Assembly (NCBI GenBank): GCA_963796685.1
Contig: CAWCMR010000013.1
Location: 128,001-192,000, forward strand
DNA: 64,000 nucleotides
Direction: 5' to 3'
From: an uncultured delta proteobacterium
GTDB lineage: Bacteria > Myxococcota_A > Polyangia > Fen-1088
Shown: piece by piece, positions 31,062-40,230 of the stretch
Numbering within the stretch: position 1 is the first letter of the stretch
Layout: each line of letters opens with the position of its first letter
Notes under the pieces: model-generated
The model's database searches: none
What the model was told of the DNA's origin: nothing
What the model saw: the letters and a program-made list of their open reading frames with translations, nothing else
Translations under genes and position numbers: made by a program

Positions 31062-34000
31062 TCAAAACACCTCGGTCCAGGAAAAGCGGGTGAAGGCACC
31101 AGTGCCTCCATTGGGCGGGATGGCCCGTCCGGCCGTGACAGAATCCGGCACCAGGTTGGTAATCTCGATGGCCCCGCTTGAGCCGAACAGGTAGATGCGG
31201 CCTCCTAGAATTACCGGGGATGTGACGGGTTCGCTTGCCACGTCGGCACCTAACCGCTGCGTTACGCTACCAGTGGCCGACATTTGGTGGATAGTGAAAT
31301 AGGTCTGCCCTCTCGTGCAGCCGTCTACCGCAGGCACGTACCACATGGTCATGACCTGGAACCCGGACGCGTCCGCCAAGAGCACTCCGAGCGGGGTCGA
31401 TGTTGGTCGCGCATTCAGGGGCATGGAGGTCTGACACGTCACGTGGCCGTTCGAGTCGGTCTGCGTGACGCCACAGATCTCGCTGTCATTGCCCACGGTG
31501 AGCGTGATCATCCCGCCATTGCCCCAGGTCGTGTCCTTGACGATGCTAATAAATTTGCCGTTTGCGTCGGTTTGGGCGGTCTCTTTCCAGAAGATCATCT
31601 TGGACGGTGGCAACGCAGTGGTGTCGAGGTCGAGGTTGGAATTGGTCACTTGCACGGGGAAGATTTGGTGTCCGAACGCGGTGGTTGTCGAGTCTCGGTC
31701 AAGTTGAACGATGGTCGGGGAGAAGTGCAGGGGATGGTTGCAGGTTAGATTCTGGTCGAGGGTGAGTCCGGCGCCGAAGGCATAGCGGAAAAGCTGCCCC
31801 GACGTGTCGCCGAAATAGCCGGCCACGAGCTTGTCGTCCTGGCCCGTGGCGAAATCGCGGGCGGTGGCGACGTCGGTGAGCGCGGTGTACTCTTGCGTGC
31901 AGGTGGCGGTGGGAGCGATTGGGTCGGTCGTCAGAAGATTGCCTGAGGCGGCCGAGGCGGTCACCAGCGCTCGTCCTTGCGTGGTGCTGCCGCTTGTCAC
32001 CGGATAACCGGAGGCAAAGGTGACGCGATAGTCGTCCAGGCTGCTCGTCCTGTTGAGGAAGAAGGCGGGAAGGGAGATGGTGTTGCCGAGCGCGTTGCCG
32101 TAGGCGGAGGCACTGGCTCCATATCCGGTGTGCCACTGTACGGTGACAGGTGGGTCTGCGACGCCGGTGGGGCTGAATGGCGCCGACACGTCGAGCATGA
32201 AGGTGTTGGCGCCCCCATAGCCCTCGGGCATGATGAGCAGGGTCTTCCACACGGCGTTGGCAGCATCGCTGCAGTTCGTTACACACAGGGTCTTTGCCTT
32301 GGGTGAGTCTGCGAGGCCGAAAATGTGACTGTATGGGTCGGGTTTTTGTCCGCCCTGCGAGTACTGTTGGCGCACGATGGGCATCATGTCCGGTGGCAGA
32401 AAAGCGAAGGCTTCGCTCCCGGCCTGGTACAGCGTCGACCCGATGGTCGTGTCTTGCAGGAAGAACGCATGCAGGAGTCCGTCCGACGAACCCACATAGA
32501 TGAGGTGGGGGCGATTCTCGTATTTCAAGAAGTACTCATGTCCACCGGGTTCCGGCACGTCGCCCGGGCTCGCGATGTCGATGGGCGTCGAGTTGATGAT
32601 TGCCCCCAGGATGGACGGATTCTTGTAGGTTGGATCGCCTAGCAACCAGCGTGCGACGGATTCGGCCTCGATGTCCGACGCACCGAGGCCCATGGCGGCC
32701 AGCGTGGTCTTGTTGGTCACGGCATGGGTCGTGGGATCCACCGCGATCTTCACCATGTTTGTGCCATCCCACGTGTAGATCTTGCGCTGCCACCAATTCA
32801 TGGCCGTGAGCTTCTGGTAGGCGTCCCAAGACAGGACTGGCGAGGCGCCACTCAAATCGTAGGCCAAGAGATGGCCTTTCCATTCCGGAAAGTCCATACG
32901 CGAGTCGAGGGCATACTTGCCTTCGGCGACCGTGGTGGCCTGTTGCGTACCGGCCGAGGTGCTGGTGGGCGCGGTCGAGTAGCTGCCCTTGACCGCGTTG
33001 TAGATCACAAGCTGCAGGGCGGTGTTGAGGTCGTTCTCATTCTGGGCGAGGTAGGCGAAGGGGGCGACGCCGTCGTTGCCGGCATCCGTCCCCCCCGCCC
33101 GTGCGATATTGTCGTTGGTGGTCTTCGCCGTTCCCGAGCTGGTGTCGCCCGAAAAGCCCACCACGAAGGTCTTGACGCCGAGGTTTTGGCGCAGGTTGTA
33201 CGCGGCCAGGACCGCCCGGCAGGTACAACCTGCGGCGGCCGGATTCGTGGCCGCGCAGCCCGACGCGGAGCAGTTGCCGTCTCCTGGGCCATTGGCTTCG
33301 CCATCGGTGATGAGCAGAACATAGTTGTCGCGGCAAGCGAGGTGATCCTGCGGGACTCCCGCGCTCGAGTTGCCATTCTTCACCGCGTTCATGTAATCGT
33401 AGGCACTGGTGTTGATGGTTGGGGCCTTATCGTTCTGCAGCGTGCACCCGGTTGGCGTGCCCCAGTAGAAGATCAACCCGCCGTTGGCGGCTGGGGCCAT
33501 CGCTTGCGTGATGGCGGCGGCTGCAGTCTGCGAAACCGTCAGGTCGTCCGTCGTGCTGAGAAATGGAGCGAGCTGCGCATCCCAGCGCCCGCCACAGTCC
33601 GCGTCGCACGTGTTGCCACAGCCTGGAAAATCGAGTGGAGGTGCTTTGCCGCCGTTGTAGTAGTTGTTGAGCGGCTGGTAGTAACTGTAGTTCTTTCCGC
33701 CCACCGTGATGTTCTGCCCGCCATAGGTGGGTTGCGTGATCATGGTCGTCGAGTTGCTGCCGACGGTGCCCGTGTACTGATAGTAGGCGCCTTCGAATTG
33801 TCCCAACCCCACGGCGCCGGGCATGTCGCAGGTGCTTCCGCACCAATTGGCGTCGACTTCGATCCATGCGTTGGAATTGGAGCGTACGCGGTAGCGGCTG
33901 TTCGTCGAATCCTGCAGGGTCATGCTGATGCCGTTGAACGTACAGGCTTGAGCAGGTCCCGTGGCCTTGTCGAAGCAGTGCGCGGAGACGATCTTGTCTC

Positions 34001-36059
34001 CGGATTCGTAGACCGTGATGACCCCGGTGGAGCCCGATGTGCTCAGGTAGTAGGGGAAGTAGCCATTCTGGTAATAGGTCATCAGGCCAAAGTTCAAGAG
34101 CTTGTAGTTGTTGTTCACGACCCCACTGATCGCACGCTTGGCGATGACTGCGCGCGAGGTCGCCGGCCCACAGGCATCTCCGGCGGAGGTGCAGTCCGAG
34201 TCCTTCTTGCACACGGTCTGCGCAATCAGACACATGCGGATGGGGCCTGGCGTACCGTTGCTGCTTGGAACACAGGTGTCCGTGCTGCTCACGGGAAGGA
34301 CGCAAGGATTGGGTGGCGGGATGACGCAGATGTTCGTCGGCGCGCTACAGGTGTTCGTCACCGCCGTGCAGCTGTTGTCGGTCTTGGTCACGCACGTGTC
34401 TTGCGCCAGGTTGCAGATGTTGGCGGTGCCGTTGCACGTCTGGGCTGCGAAGACACAGGTTTGTGGACTGGAACACTTCATATAGCTGTTGTTGCACTTG
34501 TTGCCATTGCCGGAACAGGTACCGTAGGACGGTACAGGGCAGTCGGTGTCGATGCGGCAAGTTTCGCCTGTGGCGCTGCAGGTCATGTAGCTGGGGCAAT
34601 CGGTGCTTCCGGTGCAGCCATTCCTCGGGGTGCCCCCCAAACTACAGGTTCCGGTGGTCGCCGCCGGCGGGCAATCCGATGGCGATGAACAGGGCGTGGA
34701 GGTCGAGTGAGCGCACACATTGGCAGTCGGGCAGTTTCCGCCCGGGTTGGTGCAGGACATTTGGTTGTTGTATTTGCACTGTCCCAGCGAGGGACATGGG
34801 GTGTGGTCGTCGCAGGCCACGCCGGTGGTCGAGCAGCGGCTGGATTGTGACGGGCAATCCGAGTCCTTCGAGCAGTTGGTCTTGGAAGAAGCGCAAATCG
34901 TGTCGAGCGATGTCTGGGTACCGGTTCCGCTCTGGGTGTCGGTAGCCGTTTGGGTTCTGGTCGAGGTCTGGGTCCTGGTCGAGGTTTGGGTGCCGGTCGA
35001 GGTCTGGGTGGCAGTGGAAGTCTTGGTGGAGGTCGAGGTCTGGGCGCCCGAGAAGGTCCAGGTCTCGATGCGCGTGCCGGTGGCCGTGCCTGACTTGGTG
35101 GCAGTGGCGGGGACGATGTTCCACCAGACCAAGGAGTTGGTGGTCGTCCGAGCACGACTGGGCATGTAGACCGTGGCAATCCCGGTGGAGATGGCCGTGC
35201 CACTGACGGTCCCGGTCGCGGCGGAGAAGGTTTTCGTAACCGAGCCATTGTAGGTGGCGGTCACGTTGCTGGTGGCGATGGCACTCGCCCCGCCTGCGAT
35301 GTAGTCGGTCGTGGTGTATGTGTTCGTATACCACTCGGTATCCTCGGTATCGGAGGCCGTGTTCGTGCTGGTGATGGTGCCTGTGAGCGTCACGGTCGCT
35401 GTGGCCGTCGCTCTTTGAGTCGACGTGCCGGTATTGGTCACCGTCTGGGTGTTGGTCACGGTTTGGGTGTTGGTTACGGTCTGGGTGTTGGTCAGGGTCT
35501 GGGTGTCGGTCACGGTCTGCGTGTTGCTGATGGTCTGCGTACTCGTCGTGGTCTGCGTATTGGTCGTGGTCTGCGTGCAGCTCATGATGGGGACGGAGCA
35601 GACGCCGGGATCCTGCGGACAATCGTTGATGGACGCGCACTGGGTGGCACCATCCTCCTGGCAATAACCGTGGCGGCAGTCGTCATCCGATTGACAAGTT
35701 CTGCCCCACGCCTTGCACACCCCGAGCACCCCTCCGTTGCGGCAGTTGGAACCATTGTCGCAGTCCACCCCCACCTCGGTCGAGTTGGCGAACTGACCGC
35801 CGGGCACGCCGGTCATCGACCCGGAAGTGTCGAGCACGATGAGCATGTTGGCCTTGTGCAGTTGCCGCTCGATCACGACCAACGGGTTCACGCGGGCGAA
35901 GGAAGGGCGCGACGCCATGCAAGACCAGCTCACCAGCGCGACCACCATGGACGCAGCTGACAGGCGAGGTCGGCGCACCCCACGCAGCGTGCGTCTGCCG
36001 ACCCTGTTGCCTTGAGACTGTTTCACCCTTGTGTTCATCGACCGAAACCCGCTTCTCAT
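31062..36059 (-). CDS. pilY1: PilY1-like type IV pilus tip adhesin: split vWA domain with nested Cys-rich and Thr-rich insertion, plus C-terminal PilY1 beta-propeller
   Basis: Signal peptide; MIDAS IVLDTSGSM, later FGLMTY, GTPT, LLITDG, KTFVVGF; propeller motifs WKGHLLAY, LGAIINSTP, YVGSSDGLLHAF, EAFAFLP, GDTSGQLFR. The start may be a downstream Met. Confidence 0.75.
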   Translation of the reverse strand: MRSGFRSMNTRVKQSQGNRVGRRTLRGVRRPRLSAASMVVALVSWSCMASRPSFARVNPLVVIERQLHKANMLIVLDTSGSMTGVPGGQFANSTEVGVDCDNGSNCRNGGVLGVCKAWGRTCQSDDDCRHGYCQEDGATQCASINDCPQDPGVCSVPIMSCTQTTTNTQTTTSTQTISNTQTVTDTQTLTNTQTVTNTQTVTNTQTVTNTGTSTQRATATATVTLTGTITSTNTASDTEDTEWYTNTYTTTDYIAGGASAIATSNVTATYNGSVTKTFSAATGTVSGTAISTGIATVYMPSRARTTTNSLVWWNIVPATATKSGTATGTRIETWTFSGAQTSTSTKTSTATQTSTGTQTSTRTQTSTRTQTATDTQSGTGTQTSLDTICASSKTNCSKDSDCPSQSSRCSTTGVACDDHTPCPSLGQCKYNNQMSCTNPGGNCPTANVCAHSTSTPCSSPSDCPPAATTGTCSLGGTPRNGCTGSTDCPSYMTCSATGETCRIDTDCPVPSYGTCSGNGNKCNNSYMKCSSPQTCVFAAQTCNGTANICNLAQDTCVTKTDNSCTAVTNTCSAPTNICVIPPPNPCVLPVSSTDTCVPSSNGTPGPIRMCLIAQTVCKKDSDCTSAGDACGPATSRAVIAKRAISGVVNNNYKLLNFGLMTYYQNGYFPYYLSTSGSTGVITVYESGDKIVSAHCFDKATGPAQACTFNGISMTLQDSTNSRYRVRSNSNAWIEVDANWCGSTCDMPGAVGLGQFEGAYYQYTGTVGSNSTTMITQPTYGGQNITVGGKNYSYYQPLNNYYNGGKAPPLDFPGCGNTCDADCGGRWDAQLAPFLSTTDDLTVSQTAAAAITQAMAPAANGGLIFYWGTPTGCTLQNDKAPTINTSAYDYMNAVKNGNSSAGVPQDHLACRDNYVLLITDGEANGPGDGNCSASGCAATNPAAAGCTCRAVLAAYNLRQNLGVKTFVVGFSGDTSSGTAKTTNDNIARAGGTDAGNDGVAPFAYLAQNENDLNTALQLVIYNAVKGSYSTAPTSTSAGTQQATTVAEGKYALDSRMDFPEWKGHLLAYDLSGASPVLSWDAYQKLTAMNWWQRKIYTWDGTNMVKIAVDPTTHAVTNKTTLAAMGLGASDIEAESVARWLLGDPTYKNPSILGAIINSTPIDIASPGDVPEPGGHEYFLKYENRPHLIYVGSSDGLLHAFFLQDTTIGSTLYQAGSEAFAFLPPDMMPIVRQQYSQGGQKPDPYSHIFGLADSPKAKTLCVTNCSDAANAVWKTLLIMPEGYGGANTFMLDVSAPFSPTGVADPPVTVQWHTGYGASASAYGNALGNTISLPAFFLNRTSSLDDYRVTFASGYPVTSGSTTQGRALVTASAASGNLLTTDPIAPTATCTQEYTALTDVATARDFATGQDDKLVAGYFGDTSGQLFRYAFGAGLTLDQNLTCNHPLHFSPTIVQLDRDSTTTAFGHQIFPVQVTNSNLDLDTTALPPSKMIFWKETAQTDANGKFISIVKDTTWGNGGMITLTVGNDSEICGVTQTDSNGHVTCQTSMPLNARPTSTPLGVLLADASGFQVMTMWYVPAVDGCTRGQTYFTIHQMSATGSVTQRLGADVASEPVTSPVILGGRIYLFGSSGAIEITNLVPDSVTAGRAIPPNGGTGAFTRFSWTEVF
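34893..35579 (-). repeat. Intragenic 18-nt repeats encoding two arms of eight TQTxTx hexapeptides around a ~130-aa spacer
   Basis: TQTTTN TQTTTS TQTISN TQTVTD TQTLTN TQTVTN x3 ... AQTSTS TKTSTA TQTSTG TQTSTR x2 TQTATD TQSGTG TQTSLD, bracketed by Cys. Confidence 0.9.
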
Positions 36060-36106
36060 TGACGGCTTCGCCCGCTCGCTAAACCGGCTACTTTCTGCAA
36101 CCTGCG

Positions 36107-36170
36107 ATGAATAGTTTACACTATATAATATGTATTCTATATTACAATATAATGAGTACTATAAAGTCAT
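36107..36170. promoter_or_regulatory. Very AT-rich segment upstream of pilY1-like gene (putative promoter/regulator-binding region)
   Basis: 12 G+C in 64 nt (~19%) in a strongly GC-rich context; contains TATAAT twice on the + strand and repeated TATA(T/A) words. Confidence 0.55.
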
Positions 36171-36230
36171 GCCGGGAAATCGCGGCCTTGGCGAAGGGGA
36201 CCCGGACGGTTCCAGGCCCCACGGGTCTAT

Positions 36231-36262
36231 CCAAGCAACCTTCGCGCCAAGCAACCTTCGCG
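36231..36262. repeat. Perfect 16-nt tandem duplication CCAAGCAACCTTCGCG x2
   Basis: Directly visible just downstream of the ACT-protein stop. Confidence 0.85.
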
Positions 36263-36283
36263 CCCAGCTCGGCGCGGGCCGGG

Positions 36284-36835
36284 CTACGCCTTGTGAGGCT
36301 TGGTTTCCAGCGAGGTCTCGACCAGGCGAATCTCGACCATGAGATCGCTGGCCAGGCGTTCGAGAGCGGTGCGCAGGGTAGGGAGGTCGGCGTTGCTCGG
36401 CAGGCGCACGCGCGCCTTGGCCTGGAAGAGCATCTCGCCCGACATCGGAGCGCTGGTGCGATCGGTGGACAGCTCCTCCACATTGGCGCCGCTATTGGCC
36501 AGAAGCTGCGAGATCTCGCGCACGATGCCCGGCCGATCGAGCCCGACCAGCTCGAGGGCGAGGGCGCGTCCGGACGTTGTCCCGCCAGTCTCGCCGCTCG
36601 GCTCGCCCACCACCTTGAGGCCGCGAGCGTCGAGATCGGCCAGGGCGGCCTGAAGCGACGCCGCCTTGTTGCTCGGGACCTCGATGCGTAGGATGCCGGC
36701 GAACTTCCCCGCCAGCCGGGCCATGCGGCTTTCGAGCCAGTTGCCTTCGTGCGCGGCGACGACGGCGGCCACGGCCTCGACCAGGCCGGGGCGATCGGGG
36801 CCGATCAGGGTCAGAACCAAGTCAGTCATGGCCAT
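36284..36835 (-). CDS. Double ACT-domain protein (GcvR-like)
   Basis: Two ACT motifs GPDRPGLV and GLDRPGIV, GNWLESRMARLAGKFAG, SAPMSGEMLF. Confidence 0.85.
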   Translation of the reverse strand: MAMTDLVLTLIGPDRPGLVEAVAAVVAAHEGNWLESRMARLAGKFAGILRIEVPSNKAASLQAALADLDARGLKVVGEPSGETGGTTSGRALALELVGLDRPGIVREISQLLANSGANVEELSTDRTSAPMSGEMLFQAKARVRLPSNADLPTLRTALERLASDLMVEIRLVETSLETKPHKA

Positions 36836-36839
36836 GGTC

Positions 36840-37316
36840 TCAGACACGCAAGTGGAGGGGATAGTTCTTCTCGATGGATTCGCTGCAGGCGTCGGTGACG
36901 AGCTGCCAGATGTTGCGCATCTGCGCCTCGATCACGCTGCCCTCGTCGATTTCCTCGGCGTCCTCGTCCTCGTCCTCGTCTTCGTCCTCGAATTCCTCGT
37001 CCTCGATAGCCAGCTCTTCTTTCATTTCTTCGAGTGTCTCCTGCAAGGCGTAGGCGGATGCCACCCGAAACTCGCCCACCGTCAGGGGGCCCTCGAATTC
37101 CAGTGGCAAGTAGATGTCTGCGGCCACATCGTGGGCGTCGAGCCTGTCGAGAAACTCCGTCATGGCTTCCTCGCTGAGGCGTTTGGCGAAGGTGTGCGTG
37201 GTGTGGTCATCCTGGGCCGGCAGCTTGGCGCCAGCTTGCTCGAGCAGCCGCCCAAGCGACTTCACTTCTTCATCGTCCAGTCGATCCGAGAGCGGGGCGA
37301 GTTCGATTGCCGACAT
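36840..37316 (-). CDS. Acidic hypothetical protein
   Basis: Natural-looking helical sequence with a poly-D/E tract; abuts the ACT gene. Confidence 0.7.
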   Translation of the reverse strand: MSAIELAPLSDRLDDEEVKSLGRLLEQAGAKLPAQDDHTTHTFAKRLSEEAMTEFLDRLDAHDVAADIYLPLEFEGPLTVGEFRVASAYALQETLEEMKEELAIEDEEFEDEDEDEDEDAEEIDEGSVIEAQMRNIWQLVTDACSESIEKNYPLHLRV

Positions 37317-37441
37317 GACCCATACGGTGCCGCAGCCCGGGCGCGCCGTCAACGTTGCGCGGTCTTTTTCTCCCCGCAATGGCAACGTGGTCGCCGGATT
37401 CGACATCTCATGCCTGACCAGGTATGGATGCCAGAGCGCAA

Positions 37442-40135
37442 ATGACAACGAGCTCAGGACCGGACGCGGCTTGGATACTATCACGCATGCAGTCGGCTCG
37501 CGACGCGGCCAGGCGTGGGCTTGACGAGGGCAAATCCGGGCTCGAAATCGTGGGCACCCTGACCGCGGCCGTCGAGGCCGCGATCCGTGAGGTTCTTGCC
37601 CACCATATCTTCCAGGCCGACATCGGTCCTGCCTCGGGCGTGGCGGTTCTGGCCACCGGGAGCTTCGGCCGTCGCGAGCTTGCGCCTTATTCGGACCTGG
37701 ACCTGCTCTTCTTGTGCGAGAAAGCCCCCGACAGCAAGATGGAGGCCCTGGCGCGTTCCATCCTGCTGCCGCTTTGGGATGCCAAGGTCGACGCCGGCCA
37801 TGCCGTGCGCTCCGTGGCCGATGGTCTGGGCTTGCCCGACAAGGATCTGGCCGCCGCGACGGCGTTGCTCGATGCCCGCTTCCTGGTCGGCGACGAGAGC
37901 CTTGCCCTCGACTTTCTTTCCCGCTACCAGGCTCGCGTGGCGGGGTCCAGGCCGGACGGTCTGGTGGCGCGTCTGCGCGAGGAACAAGAGTCGCGGCACT
38001 CGCGCTTCGGCGACACGATCTTCATGCTCGAACCCGACCTCAAGAGCGGGCCGGGCGGCATTCGCGATCTGTGCGTCGGACGATGGGCGGCTCAGGCACG
38101 TTTTCACGCGTCTACCCCCGCCCGACTGGAGCAGCTCGGCGAAATGTCGAGTCGCCAGGCCGAGGCCTGGGCGCAGGCCATCGACTTCATCTCGAAGTTG
38201 CGCCTGGCCTTGCACCTCGTCGCGGGGCGGAGACAGGACCAGTTGCGCTTCGACCTGCAGGAGCGGATAGCGCCCCTCTTCCATGCCGAGGGCACTTGGG
38301 CGGACGACGACAGTCGGCCGGCTGTGACCCCGGCGGTCGAGGCGTTGATGCACGACTTTCAAACCCACGCGCGGACCATCGCGCGCACCACCGAACGCCT
38401 CATGCAACGCGTGTGCGCCCAGCCCAACGAGCGTTTGGCGACTCGCCCGGTGGTGCTCTCCAAGAGCGCCCCGGGCGATCCCAGCTTCGTCCGGCGCAAG
38501 GGCAAGCTCGAAGTAAAGAGTAGCTTGATATTCGAGAAGCAGCCTTCTGAAATGATTAGGCTATTCGGCGTATCTCAGCAGGTCGATATGGGTGTCGGAC
38601 TGGCCACCTTGGACCTGATCTCCGAGCTGGCGGCAAGCCATGCCCAGGCCCTGCGCGAGGATCCGCAATCGGCCAAGCATTTCCTCGAGGTGCTGACCAA
38701 CGTGAAGGACGCCGGCACCCCCTCGCGCCTGGAGCAGATGCACGACCACGGGCTGCTCTCGGCGCTGCTGCCCGAGTGGGGACCGGTATCGGGGCGCGTG
38801 CAGCACGACATCTACCACGTGTACACGGTGGACCAGCACTCGCTCTACGCGGTGGCCACCCTGAAAGCCGTCGCGCGGGGAGAGCTTCAGAAGGACTATC
38901 CGGAGGTCTGCGAGGCGTATCCCGATGTGGTTCGGACCCGGGCGCTGTTCGTCGGCCTGCTTCTTCACGACGTGGGCAAGCCCCTGGGCTCGAACCACGC
39001 CGAGAAGGGGGCGACGATGTCCAAGCGAATCGCTGCCCAGCTGGGGCTTTCGCCCGAGGACGTCGACCTGGTCGAGTTCCTGGTCCGGGCGCACCTCGAA
39101 ATGGGGCACAACTCACAGCGGCGCGATCTGCAGGATCCGAGCTTGCTTGATTTCTTCGCTCGCACCTGTGGCGATGAAGAGAGACTGCGTCAGCTCTTCA
39201 TCTTGACCTTCTGCGATCTGACCTCGACCGGGCCGAAGACCATGACACGGTGGAAGTACGAGCTCCTGTACGAGCTCTTCGACCGCACGCTCAAGTACAT
39301 GCGCCGCGGCCCCGATCTGCTGGCCGCCGAACGCGCCGAGCTGGTGGAAGAGCGCCAGCGCCAGGCGGCGGCGCTGCTCGAGGAAGATTCGCACTCCGCG
39401 TCAGCCGTGGTGGCCTTCACCGGTTTGCCCGACCGCTATTTCGCCGAGCAGGAGGCTGACAAGATCGCCGACCACGTGCGCCTCATGCGCGGTCGAAAAT
39501 CGTGCTGCGCCTTGGAGGTCTCCCATTCCGAGCGTGGAACCTTTTCGGAATTGGTCTTGGCCGCCGATGACGTGCCCGGGCTTCTGGCCAAGGTTGCGGG
39601 CGTGCTCTACGCCAACCGCATCGATATCTTGGATGCAGCCATCTACTCGCGCGAGCCGGTCTTCCCCCTGCGCAAGCAGGGTGAGGCGCTCGACGTCTTC
39701 CGCATCCGCAAGGAGCCGGACGGCGCTCTGACCGACGAGAGCCGCATCGCGGGCATTCGGCGAGACCTGGAGGAGGTTCTGTCCGGGCGTGTTACGGTGG
39801 AATCGCTGGTGGCCAGGCGGCCGCCTCCGTCCTCGCTCTACCAACGGGCCAAGCCCAAGGTTCCGCCCACGCAGGTCAACGTCGACAACGATTCGAGCCG
39901 GACGTTCACCGTGGTCGAGGTCTTCACCGAGGACAAGCCGGGCGTGCTCTACACCATCACGCACACCCTGGCCGTGCAGGGGCTGGACATTCACCGCTCG
40001 CGTGTCGGGGTCGCCGCCGACCGGGTGGCCGACATCTTCTACGTGCGCGACACGGCCTCGGGCGAGAAGATCGAGGACGAAGAGCGTATCGAAGCCATCT
40101 CCGACGCGCTCAAGCTGGCGCTGAAGGCTAGCTAG
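37442..40135 (+). CDS. glnD: [Protein-PII] uridylyltransferase/uridylyl-removing enzyme
   Basis: NTase GSFGRRELAPYSDLDL, EPDLKSGPGGIRD, QHDIYHVYTVDQHS, HD motif LLHDVGK, two C-terminal ACT domains. Confidence 0.95.
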   Translation: MTTSSGPDAAWILSRMQSARDAARRGLDEGKSGLEIVGTLTAAVEAAIREVLAHHIFQADIGPASGVAVLATGSFGRRELAPYSDLDLLFLCEKAPDSKMEALARSILLPLWDAKVDAGHAVRSVADGLGLPDKDLAAATALLDARFLVGDESLALDFLSRYQARVAGSRPDGLVARLREEQESRHSRFGDTIFMLEPDLKSGPGGIRDLCVGRWAAQARFHASTPARLEQLGEMSSRQAEAWAQAIDFISKLRLALHLVAGRRQDQLRFDLQERIAPLFHAEGTWADDDSRPAVTPAVEALMHDFQTHARTIARTTERLMQRVCAQPNERLATRPVVLSKSAPGDPSFVRRKGKLEVKSSLIFEKQPSEMIRLFGVSQQVDMGVGLATLDLISELAASHAQALREDPQSAKHFLEVLTNVKDAGTPSRLEQMHDHGLLSALLPEWGPVSGRVQHDIYHVYTVDQHSLYAVATLKAVARGELQKDYPEVCEAYPDVVRTRALFVGLLLHDVGKPLGSNHAEKGATMSKRIAAQLGLSPEDVDLVEFLVRAHLEMGHNSQRRDLQDPSLLDFFARTCGDEERLRQLFILTFCDLTSTGPKTMTRWKYELLYELFDRTLKYMRRGPDLLAAERAELVEERQRQAAALLEEDSHSASAVVAFTGLPDRYFAEQEADKIADHVRLMRGRKSCCALEVSHSERGTFSELVLAADDVPGLLAKVAGVLYANRIDILDAAIYSREPVFPLRKQGEALDVFRIRKEPDGALTDESRIAGIRRDLEEVLSGRVTVESLVARRPPPSSLYQRAKPKVPPTQVNVDNDSSRTFTVVEVFTEDKPGVLYTITHTLAVQGLDIHRSRVGVAADRVADIFYVRDTASGEKIEDEERIEAISDALKLALKAS

Positions 40136-40230
40136 ACCGAAGCTGACTTTCGCGTGCTTCGATTCCCGCGTCATGCTTGCCCCGTCGGTAGGACTTGACG
40201 GGGCGAGCGTGTCCATCGGAACCTCATGCC

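Noticed and set aside
34900-35580. 18-nt repeats as a possible CRISPR array or DGR repeat
   Set aside because: The repeats are in-frame coding, degenerate at wobble positions and have no spacers; no cas or reverse transcriptase gene is in the window.
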